A stretch of DNA of 64,000 bases, from assembly GCA_027484685.1 (NCBI GenBank), contig JAIXSO010000026.1, positions 18,406 through 82,405 on the forward strand, read 5' to 3'. Position 1 is the first letter of the stretch, and every line of letters begins with the position of its first letter. Below are positions 10,343 to 18,814 of this stretch, in pieces. The position numbers were made by a program, and so were the translations under genes. This DNA is from Bacteroidota bacterium. Lineage in GTDB: Bacteria; Bacteroidota; Bacteroidia; UKL13-3. The notes beneath the pieces were generated by a model. That model did not search any database and was not told the DNA's origin. It saw only the letters and a program-made list of their open reading frames with translations.

Positions 10343-11635
10343 TTAATATTGTTTGTGGCTAAATGATGAATGATTTATTCTTGATAAAATAACAATGGAA
10401 ATTACCAAAGGAACCCAATTTAAGTAATCATATGGAACCATTATAAATGCATAAAAAATGGTGAGCATAAACTTCAAGGTTAATAATGAAAATAGGTTTG
10501 TACCAACTGTTTTTCTAATTTTTGATTGTAATAAAATGATTGTAAAACTTGATAAAATACTGAATAAAAAAAGTGCGTTTTTATTTAGCTCAATTCTTTC
10601 TAAAAGTGAACCTGAACCAAATTGATAAAACCAACTTGCTAAACCAAATCCTTGAAATAATTGAAATGGTCTATCTGTGGGCGCTTGCCAACTTTGACCT
10701 TTCCATTCACCTAAAATGGAAGTAGTATAGTTAGCATTAAATGTTTTTAGCATTTCAGGTATTGGCAATACAAATGGAATCACAAAAAACAATAAAATCA
10801 TTGCACCAAAAACTACTGAAACTAAGAGGAATTTTTTGAAATTGTTTCTTAATAAATTGTAAAAGTAAACTGGTAACCAAAACAGAAAGGAATACCTCGA
10901 TAAAAAAGGAAGAATTAATCCTATTGATTTAAAAACAACATTGGTTGAAAACAATAAAGTTGCTAAAATCAAATAGTATCCCATAATCATTATTTCAATA
11001 CACTGAACTGCTGTTTTGCCATTTTTAAAATAAATAGTAAATAGCAAAACAAATGGCAAAGCACAGTTTATTAATAACCACTTTTTTTGTTGAATATTTT
11101 TAAGTAAAACCAATGTGTAAACAGTAGCAGCCAATAAAAAAACTATCACCACCATCCATTGATAATTGATGTTTAAATACTTGCTAATAACAAATGGAAA
11201 CCAATGTAAAGGTAAATATCCAGGAGTAAATGTTCCATAATTAAATCCAGTATAAGGTGCATAAATCACCTCGTTGTTTATAAATCGTTTTACAAAAATT
11301 TCATCTATAAATGGAATAATATCCGATTCATTTACATTGATAGGATATTTATTTATTTTATAATTTACTATAAAAATGGTTACTACTGTAAGAGTCAAAA
11401 ATAAGGCCAATATTGTTTTTAAATTGACGTTGGAAACAGGAGCATTTGAAGTGTTTTCTTCTAAAAAACTTTCTTTATTTTCACGTAGTAAGAAATAAGG
11501 AAATATAGCCAAAAATGTCCCCGAACCAATTATAATAAGAGGGCTAACTATAAACTCAAAAACATTTTTCACATAAAAAATGAATAATATTTCCAATAAA
11601 AAGGCTATGTACAAATACAAAATTTTTTTATTCAT
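10343..11635 (-). CDS. Polytopic inner-membrane protein, possible GT-C glycosyltransferase
   Basis: 430 aa with about 10 TM helices. Immediately downstream of an ArnC-like GT2. No soluble domain. Confidence 0.45.
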   Translation of the reverse strand: MNKKILYLYIAFLLEILFIFYVKNVFEFIVSPLIIIGSGTFLAIFPYFLLRENKESFLEENTSNAPVSNVNLKTILALFLTLTVVTIFIVNYKINKYPINVNESDIIPFIDEIFVKRFINNEVIYAPYTGFNYGTFTPGYLPLHWFPFVISKYLNINYQWMVVIVFLLAATVYTLVLLKNIQQKKWLLINCALPFVLLFTIYFKNGKTAVQCIEIMIMGYYLILATLLFSTNVVFKSIGLILPFLSRYSFLFWLPVYFYNLLRNNFKKFLLVSVVFGAMILLFFVIPFVLPIPEMLKTFNANYTTSILGEWKGQSWQAPTDRPFQLFQGFGLASWFYQFGSGSLLERIELNKNALFLFSILSSFTIILLQSKIRKTVGTNLFSLLTLKFMLTIFYAFIMVPYDYLNWVPLVISIVILSRINHSSFSHKQY

Positions 11636-11638
11636 ATG

Positions 11639-13723
11639 CTATTCCTCATCAGCTTGGTTAGGGGTTTCTAAAATACCTGTTTCATCAATAATAATGCTAT
11701 CGCTAATAATAGAATCATTTTTAATAATATAAGTTTTAGCCGGGCCTGTAATATTTATTTTATAAGTTAAGCCAATGGTATCTTCAGGTAAAATGAGGCT
11801 TCGCGCCACCATTTTATTGGTAATAAACTTAAACGAACGTTCCATGTAAGCGCGCATGCTACCATCTTTTTCAAATTTATACATAAATCCTTTAGGACTA
11901 GGCACAATGCTTGCCAAATAAAGTGCCTCGTTTAGGTTTAATTCTGCAGGTGTTTTTTGGAAATAAAACCTTGAAGCTTCACCAATTCCATATACGTTTG
12001 GTCCCCATTCTATTAGGTTTAAGTATACTTCAAACATACGCTCTTTCGAAACGATGTAATTGTTCTCTAACATATAAACCAATAAAATTTCTTCTAACTT
12101 ACGAGCCATGGTTTTTTCGCGTGTAAGAAACACGTTTTTAATCAATTGCATGCTAATGGTGCTTGCTCCTCTGGCAAATTTTCCAGTTCTAATATTTTTA
12201 GCAATTGATTGGCGGAAAGCTTCATTTACAAAACCCCTGTGATACATAAACGAAGGATCTTCGGTGGTTAAAATGGCCTTTTTTACAAATGGCGAAATGT
12301 TTTCGTAGCTAACAAAATTAGGGTTTTCGGGCCCAACTATAAATGAGCGCATAGCTCTTCCTTTTTCATAAGGCGTGTGCATAAAACTTTCGTTTAGTTT
12401 AGCTAAATTAGCTGCACCATATCTAGTTATATGCAAGTTGTCTTTATCAATATTGCTTTCAAAAACCATTTCATCGGGCTTATGAATATCCAAGTTAAAG
12501 TCTAATCTATAAGTAAAACTTCCGCTTGCTTCCATACCTTGAATATGGCTAAATAAAGCGGCTGGCAATGAGTTTATAAAATCTTGAGCAGGCGTTTTAT
12601 CAGTTTGCACGCTCATGGTAACAATGTATTTGTTAAAGAATTTATAAAAACTATTGTCTTTATTACGAGGAGCACGTTTTTCTGTGTTTTGTTCTTCGCT
12701 GCGTTCGCTTAACCTAAAATAAGGGTGAAACTTAGTTTGGTTAAATGTAACCACGGTAGAGCTATCAAGTGATATAAAATTGGGTCCAAATAAAAATTTA
12801 TACTTGGCATCGGCATGGTTAATTATTACATCGGTTTTAGCTATACGTGCATGGTTTAACATAAAACTATCAATGGAAGCGGCCCCAGTAATATTTAACA
12901 TGTCATCATCAAAATCAAAGCCATCCAACTGAAATCTGATAGAGTTAAATCCAGTTTTTAAACCAATTTTTTCGTAGAGATAAGGAATTTGAACAGTTTC
13001 AGAATCGGTGCGAGTAAAGTTTAAATCAGCTTGGCGTTTTTTAGGGTTAGCAGTTCCATTAATTTGCCATTGCTGAATGGCATTATTGCTATTTACGGTA
13101 ATATAACTATCAAAAATCTGTTTGTTTAGCGAAAGTTTGGTTAAGTTAAACGATACATTTTTATCATCATCTTTTATGCGTAAGTCAAAGTTTTCAATTA
13201 ACACTTCGCTGGGCACTTGTGCAAACAACCTCGACATTAGTTTATAAACCACTTTGGCGTAGTTTATATCTGTTTTTGGTTTTTCAATTTGCTCTATTGT
13301 GTCTTGTAAAGTACTGTCTTGTTTACTTAAAAAATCTTGAAAATTTTTATAATCGCCTTGTTTTACCAATTGAATATAACCTTGTTTTAAACCAATATCC
13401 TTTATCCTTACATCGGCTATAAGTAAATACCAAAACCTAACACTGGCAGTAAAATAATCAATGCTTACCAAAGTATCTCCACTTTGCGGCACCAAGGTTA
13501 TTTTCGATAATTCAATACCGCTAATGCCTTTAAACGATGCATTATCAATTTTTAAATCAGCATTGTATTCGGTTTTAAATTTAGCCGAAACCTTATTGAT
13601 GGCTTTGTTTAAGAAATAACCACGTAATAAAAAAAATGCCACTATTACAATTAAAAGTAATGAACCAACTATTTTAAAAAATGGTTTTAGAAATGCTTTT
13701 ATATTTATGTTTTTTACTTGCAC
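11639..13723 (-). CDS. Membrane-anchored protein with C-terminal GT51 peptidoglycan transglycosylase domain
   Basis: 694 aa with an N-terminal TM helix. C-terminal motifs 'EDPSFMYHRG', 'GASTISMQL', 'RKLEE' and 'YLNLIEWG' match GT51 motifs 1-4. No transpeptidase domain. About 450 aa of N-terminal region unassigned. Confidence 0.7.
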   Translation of the reverse strand: MQVKNINIKAFLKPFFKIVGSLLLIVIVAFFLLRGYFLNKAINKVSAKFKTEYNADLKIDNASFKGISGIELSKITLVPQSGDTLVSIDYFTASVRFWYLLIADVRIKDIGLKQGYIQLVKQGDYKNFQDFLSKQDSTLQDTIEQIEKPKTDINYAKVVYKLMSRLFAQVPSEVLIENFDLRIKDDDKNVSFNLTKLSLNKQIFDSYITVNSNNAIQQWQINGTANPKKRQADLNFTRTDSETVQIPYLYEKIGLKTGFNSIRFQLDGFDFDDDMLNITGAASIDSFMLNHARIAKTDVIINHADAKYKFLFGPNFISLDSSTVVTFNQTKFHPYFRLSERSEEQNTEKRAPRNKDNSFYKFFNKYIVTMSVQTDKTPAQDFINSLPAALFSHIQGMEASGSFTYRLDFNLDIHKPDEMVFESNIDKDNLHITRYGAANLAKLNESFMHTPYEKGRAMRSFIVGPENPNFVSYENISPFVKKAILTTEDPSFMYHRGFVNEAFRQSIAKNIRTGKFARGASTISMQLIKNVFLTREKTMARKLEEILLVYMLENNYIVSKERMFEVYLNLIEWGPNVYGIGEASRFYFQKTPAELNLNEALYLASIVPSPKGFMYKFEKDGSMRAYMERSFKFITNKMVARSLILPEDTIGLTYKINITGPAKTYIIKNDSIISDSIIIDETGILETPNQADEE

Positions 13724-13819
13724 TTGGAGATGGTATTGTAAAAGGCTAAAATGAAAAATAGCAATGATTCTAAGTATTTTGAATCATTGCTAAATAAAAA
13801 TAAGGTATAAAAACTATTA

Positions 13820-14386
13820 TTAAACGTGCATAATTTCAGCTTCTTTAATAGCTAAAAGCTCGTCAATTTTTTTGATATAAGCATCAGTGGTTTTTTGTAC
13901 ACTTGCTTCAGCAGTTTTTGCTTCATCTTCAGGTAATCCATCTTTTTGTAATTTTTTGATGGTTTCGTTGGTTTCTTTTCTAATATTTCTAACAGCTACT
14001 TTAGCATTTTCCGATTCGGCTTTAGCTTTTTTAGCAATTTCTTTTCTTCTTTCTTCGGTTAATGGCGGTAAAGTTATGCGAATGATAGTTCCATCGTTAG
14101 TTGGATTGAAGCCTAAATTCGAAATAATAATACCTTTTTCAATGGCTTGGAACATGTTTTTTTCCCAAGGTTGAATGGTAATGGTTTTAGCATCAGGGGT
14201 GCTAATATTTGCTACTTGGCTTACAGGCACTAACGAGCCATAATACTCCACTTTTACGGCATCTATCATACTTGGATGCGATTTTCCTGCACGAATCTTT
14301 GTAAACTCGCTTGTTGCATGGTCAATTGCAGCATCCATCATTTGCTTTAAATTATCTAATACTGGTTTTAAACGTGGGTCGCTCAT
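13820..14386 (-). CDS. frr: Ribosome recycling factor
   Basis: 188 aa with full-length similarity to RRF ('ITIQPWEKNM...LPPLTEERRKE'). Confidence 0.92.
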   Translation of the reverse strand: MSDPRLKPVLDNLKQMMDAAIDHATSEFTKIRAGKSHPSMIDAVKVEYYGSLVPVSQVANISTPDAKTITIQPWEKNMFQAIEKGIIISNLGFNPTNDGTIIRITLPPLTEERRKEIAKKAKAESENAKVAVRNIRKETNETIKKLQKDGLPEDEAKTAEASVQKTTDAYIKKIDELLAIKEAEIMHV

Positions 14387-14461
14387 ATTATTATTTTATA
14401 ATTATTTTTATTGAAAAATTGTGTTTCTAAAATCAGCCGCAAAATAACATTTTAAAACAAT

Positions 14462-15397
14462 TTAAAAATTTACTTTATGCGCAATTATGTAATCAGGCCT
14501 GCCTTTTACTTCATCAAAAATATTGGCAATATATTGCGCAACTAAACCAATGGTTAACAATTGAATACCTCCAAAAAATATAACAATGGTAAGTGTACTA
14601 GCCCAACCTGCTACGGCTTTATTACTAAAAAAATATCCGTAAAGAATGTAAATTAACAATCCTAAAGCAATTATGGTACTTATAAAACCAATTTGAATCG
14701 CCAATTTCAGAGGTTTTTTTGAAAAATACATAATGCCATTTAAGGCAAAACGAATCATTTTTTTCAAAGGATATTTAGTTTCACCCTCTTGACGTAAATC
14801 TCGCTCGTAATAAAATGGAATTTGCACAAAACCAATCCAACTAATCAAACCTCTTACAAACTTATTTTTTTCACCTAATTTTTTAAACTCCTTAATGATG
14901 TTTTTATCAATTAACCTAAAGTCGCCTGTATCAAGTGGAATTGGCACTTCGCTTAATTTATCCATTAATTTATAAAAATATTTAGCTGTGATTTTTTTGA
15001 AAAAAGTTTCACCTTTTCTAGTTTTTCTAACACAATAAATAGCGTTGCAATTGGATGAATTATACAAATCTAACATTTCGCCAAATAGTTCAGGTGGATC
15101 TTGCAAATCGGCATCAATTATGATTGCCAAATCTGTTTCAGTATTATTTATACCCGCAGTTACCGCAGCCTGATGACCAAAATTTCTTGAAAAATGAATT
15201 ACTTTTACGTTTGAATTTTGACTTGCAATAATATTTAGTTTTTCAGCACTTTTATCTTTACTTCCGTCATTTATAAAAATTATATTCGATTCATAATTTG
15301 GCAGCTTTTCGAGCACATCATTAACCCTTTGATAGGTTTTTTCTATCAATAATTCTTCGTTATAGCAAGGAATAATTATGGTTAATGTTTGTGGCAT
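14462..15397 (-). CDS. GT2 polyprenol-phosphate glycosyltransferase with C-terminal TM helices (ArnC/GtrB-like), second copy
   Basis: 311 aa. 'IIIPCYNEE', 'INDGSKDKS', 'IIIDADLQDPP'. Two C-terminal TM helices. Confidence 0.75.
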   Translation of the reverse strand: MPQTLTIIIPCYNEELLIEKTYQRVNDVLEKLPNYESNIIFINDGSKDKSAEKLNIIASQNSNVKVIHFSRNFGHQAAVTAGINNTETDLAIIIDADLQDPPELFGEMLDLYNSSNCNAIYCVRKTRKGETFFKKITAKYFYKLMDKLSEVPIPLDTGDFRLIDKNIIKEFKKLGEKNKFVRGLISWIGFVQIPFYYERDLRQEGETKYPLKKMIRFALNGIMYFSKKPLKLAIQIGFISTIIALGLLIYILYGYFFSNKAVAGWASTLTIVIFFGGIQLLTIGLVAQYIANIFDEVKGRPDYIIAHKVNF

Positions 15398-15514
15398 GAA
15401 TTTCGGGTTAAGAATTACGAATTACGAATTTATTGCTGCTGAGCGAAGCCAAAACTATAAACTGACAACTATGTACTAAATCACGCAAGGCGTGAAAGTG
15501 CTAAGAACTGTTTG

Positions 15515-16009
15515 CTACTTTTTCAATTCAAGTTTTTTCCAAGTATCGGTTCTACCAAACATACTAACACCAATAAATCCTCTAATTTCCATTGTGTTTT
15601 TATCTGCTAAGTTTATTTTACACTTATAAGTTTTGCCACTTTCTGGGTCATAAATGGTTCCTTCGTCCCATAAATTATCGCCTTTGTATTCAAAACCACC
15701 AACTAGTTGCAGGCCTAAAATAGGTTTAGTTTGTTTTGCAGGATCTTCATTGTTTACATCTAGTTTTGGTTTTCCTTCTGCATTTAATGGCTCTTTTAAC
15801 CATACAATTCTTCCAAAATAAAAGTTGCCAACTTTAGTGATTTTTACTCTTGCTTTACCATTTCCAGTTTCCCAAACCCCAATAATATCGTCCGCATTTT
15901 GTTGAGCATTACAATTGTATAAAATTGATAATAAGCTAAATAATGTAATTAAAATTTTTTTCATGTTTTTGTATTTTATTAAGTGCAATAAGCAAAAATT
16001 TTGAAACAA
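15515..16009 (-). CDS. DUF2147-family secreted protein
   Basis: Signal peptide followed by the 'IIGVWETGNGKARVKI...FYFGRIVWL' pattern typical of DUF2147. Confidence 0.6.
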   Translation of the reverse strand: MFQNFCLLHLIKYKNMKKILITLFSLLSILYNCNAQQNADDIIGVWETGNGKARVKITKVGNFYFGRIVWLKEPLNAEGKPKLDVNNEDPAKQTKPILGLQLVGGFEYKGDNLWDEGTIYDPESGKTYKCKINLADKNTMEIRGFIGVSMFGRTDTWKKLELKK

Positions 16010-16027
16010 AAAAAAGTAGTTTTTTAT

Positions 16028-16066
16028 AAAAAAAAGCCCTTTTGACAGAAGTCAAAAGGGCTTTGT
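16028..16066 (-). terminator. Rho-independent terminator for the 16083..18740 gene
   Basis: Perfect 14-bp inverted repeat 'aaagcccttttgac'/'gtcaaaagggcttt' with a 4-nt loop. T-run follows on the minus strand. Confidence 0.7.
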
Positions 16067-16082
16067 ATAAATTGATAATTAA

Positions 16083-18740
16083 TTATTTACCAGAAACCAT
16101 AAATTTAACAGTTTGCATACCATTGGTATTGCTAATGTTTAAGAAATAAACGCCATTGTTTAATTGGCTAATATTTATTTGCTCGTTAAAGTTTTTAGTA
16201 TTAATGGTTTGTTTTACTACCTCTCTACCTAACATATCAACTATTACTAATTGTGCAGGTAATTGATTGATATTTTCAATGCTAACATTTAACTCAGCAT
16301 AAGCAGGTGAAGGATAAACCTTAACGCTGCTGCTAATAGCATTTACATTATTAACACCAGTATTTTTAACTACTACTATAGTTCTTACTGCAGACGCTGT
16401 ATTATTAGCTAAATCAGATACACTGTAAGTAATAGTATAAGTTCCCAATTTACTTGAATCTAAAGTACTAACTTTAGTTATTTTATTGGTAATGTTTCCA
16501 TCAATATTGTCTAGAGCGGTAGCACCTGCATCTACATACGATTTTCCTTGCATCAAAGTATCCTGAATTTTACCTAAAATAGTAATAACTGGTTTGGTAA
16601 TATCTGGTACAACAACATTGACAATTCTAGTAACTGAATCCATATTGCCTGCTTTATCATTAACTGCGTAAGATATAACATAGGTACCAACTATTGCAGT
16701 ATTTACTGTGCCACTTGTTCTAATATTTGCGGTAATATTACCATCTTTATCATCAGTTGCTGTAGCACCTAAATCAGTGTATACGCTGTCTTTTTTTATA
16801 TTGATTGGATTTGCTCCAACAATTGTAATTACAGGTTTAATAGTATCAATATTACTAAAGTCTGCATCATTTGCATCGCGAGGAATCAATTTGAAGTTTG
16901 CGTTAGCAAAATACATAGGTCCTTGAATAAAGCCCATTTTCATGCCAACGTAAACCAAGTTATTGTAGTTTTTAAAATTTGTATTGTAATCATCTATTCT
17001 CAAAGATAAATTTCCTTTTCCTTTAACAGCAAATTCGCCAAAGCTACCTGTTGGTGCATCAGGATTTTTGCTTGAAACCTCAACACTATCAAAACGCATT
17101 AAAACGGCTTCCCATTTACGGCAATAGTTAATATTTCCTAATGCAAATGAATCTAATGACAAAGTGGTTTCTGGGGTTGGTAATGGATTACCTGTTGATA
17201 TTACCGAACTTAAAATATTATTTAACGTAGTAATGTTAAATGATTCTCTTACTGTTGCTCTTGTAATTAAAACTGAATCACCCACATTCCATTTTGCAGT
17301 GCTATCTGCTCCTGAGTTTCTCGCTACAAAAATTGCCGAGTTAGGGCCTTTTCCATCTTGAACAGTAATTAAACCGCCAAAACCTTTTCCAGTAACAATA
17401 CCACGAACATTTATATTTAGCAATGAATCACCATTCCAAATACTTGTTCCGTTAGGCACTACACTTGTTTGTAATGCCCTAATATTATTCACACCGTTTG
17501 GTCCAGTAATGTAATATTTATTACCAAATGCGAATGGATCAGGAATTAAAGTAGTTCTATTTCTGTTATCGGTTGCTCCAACCCAGTAAGTCATTACACA
17601 TTCTGTATTTGTTGGAGGAACTGTTGCTAGAAAATTATTAGTTGTTGGAATTTGAGTCATTGTTACAGAATCTAAAATATTAGTTACAGAATTCTTGTAA
17701 TACAATTTGCTGATTTTAACAGTTGTGTCCTCTACAGTAATTTCGAATGTTAATTTAGTGCTATCTGTTGATTTTACAATAGAAGGAGTTCTTTCAATAA
17801 ATTTAATTGAAGGTTTACAGCCAGTACAAACTTTAAAGTCGTTTGGGTAAATTGGAGCAATACCATATCTAGCTCTTCCACCAACTTGATATTCTGTAAC
17901 AACTCCTTGTAAATAACTTAAGCGTGCACCAATTGGAGGAGCAACAAATCTATTGGGATCAACAGCATTTAATCCAGTTGAATCTCCAAAAGCATCTCTT
18001 CTGTAATAAGAAGAAAAATCTCTAATTTCAATTACATTTCCAAAATCATCAATAACACTCCATGCAGTTCTATTTGTGTTTGTACCAATTGTATTTACCA
18101 CATCGTAAACAGTAACATCTTTTATTCTAACTAATGTGCCTTCATATTGCTCTCCAGTTAGTTTTTGTGGATCACGAGTTGAAGAATTAGGATTACCTAA
18201 CATTAATTGACTAGCTGTGATATCTGTATATACCAATGTGTCAGGAGTTAAACTGATTTGCTCAACACCATTTTCCCAATTGGTGTTACTTCTAATTAAA
18301 TTAATTTGAGTTTCTCCTTGAAAATCTCTTATTACACCAGTTACTCTAACTTTATAACCTACCACGAAATTATCGTAGAATTTTGTTTCTGCTAACAAGT
18401 TGGCAAGGGTGGTTCCCGTTCCTGAAGGCTCGCACATTACCAATACTCCACTCCAAGGTCCTCCTCCTTTACGTTGGATATAAGCACCTTTTCTACTCGC
18501 AGATAAACCATAGGCTTTAGGGTTGCTTATAACTATTCCTTCAAAACGAACGGTATCTCTGTAAATTGTGTCTTTAAAGCTAGGATTTACATAATCAGGT
18601 AAAGTGTTGCCAGTTGGATTGCTTAACTTGGGAGTGTTTACAAAAGTTATGGAATCAATTGGTAAAATTGGATAAGGATTTTGCGCATTGGCAATTAATC
18701 CTCCCAATATGGTAGTGATAAGTAAAATTGTCTTTTTCAT
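16083..18740 (-). CDS. T9SS-secreted large surface protein with two DUF5011 Ig-like domains and a type-A C-terminal sorting domain
   Basis: Signal peptide. Two 'KPVITI(V/L)G...DGNIT...GTY.I.Y.V.D.AGN' repeats. C-terminal 'VYPSPA...GVYFLNI...VKFMV' T9SS CTD. Confidence 0.7.
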   Translation of the reverse strand: MKKTILLITTILGGLIANAQNPYPILPIDSITFVNTPKLSNPTGNTLPDYVNPSFKDTIYRDTVRFEGIVISNPKAYGLSASRKGAYIQRKGGGPWSGVLVMCEPSGTGTTLANLLAETKFYDNFVVGYKVRVTGVIRDFQGETQINLIRSNTNWENGVEQISLTPDTLVYTDITASQLMLGNPNSSTRDPQKLTGEQYEGTLVRIKDVTVYDVVNTIGTNTNRTAWSVIDDFGNVIEIRDFSSYYRRDAFGDSTGLNAVDPNRFVAPPIGARLSYLQGVVTEYQVGGRARYGIAPIYPNDFKVCTGCKPSIKFIERTPSIVKSTDSTKLTFEITVEDTTVKISKLYYKNSVTNILDSVTMTQIPTTNNFLATVPPTNTECVMTYWVGATDNRNRTTLIPDPFAFGNKYYITGPNGVNNIRALQTSVVPNGTSIWNGDSLLNINVRGIVTGKGFGGLITVQDGKGPNSAIFVARNSGADSTAKWNVGDSVLITRATVRESFNITTLNNILSSVISTGNPLPTPETTLSLDSFALGNINYCRKWEAVLMRFDSVEVSSKNPDAPTGSFGEFAVKGKGNLSLRIDDYNTNFKNYNNLVYVGMKMGFIQGPMYFANANFKLIPRDANDADFSNIDTIKPVITIVGANPINIKKDSVYTDLGATATDDKDGNITANIRTSGTVNTAIVGTYVISYAVNDKAGNMDSVTRIVNVVVPDITKPVITILGKIQDTLMQGKSYVDAGATALDNIDGNITNKITKVSTLDSSKLGTYTITYSVSDLANNTASAVRTIVVVKNTGVNNVNAISSSVKVYPSPAYAELNVSIENINQLPAQLVIVDMLGREVVKQTINTKNFNEQINISQLNNGVYFLNISNTNGMQTVKFMVSGK

Positions 18741-18814
18741 TTTATTTGTTTATTTAGTTTATAGTTTATTAATTTTTGGTTACTGAGCTTGTCCGATAGC
18801 TATCGGACGAAGTA

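Noticed and set aside
15410-15440. 'gaattacgaattacgaatt' short tandem repeat
   Set aside because: Only about 2.5 copies of a 7-8-mer in an intergenic spacer. Too short to be a CRISPR or other functional repeat.
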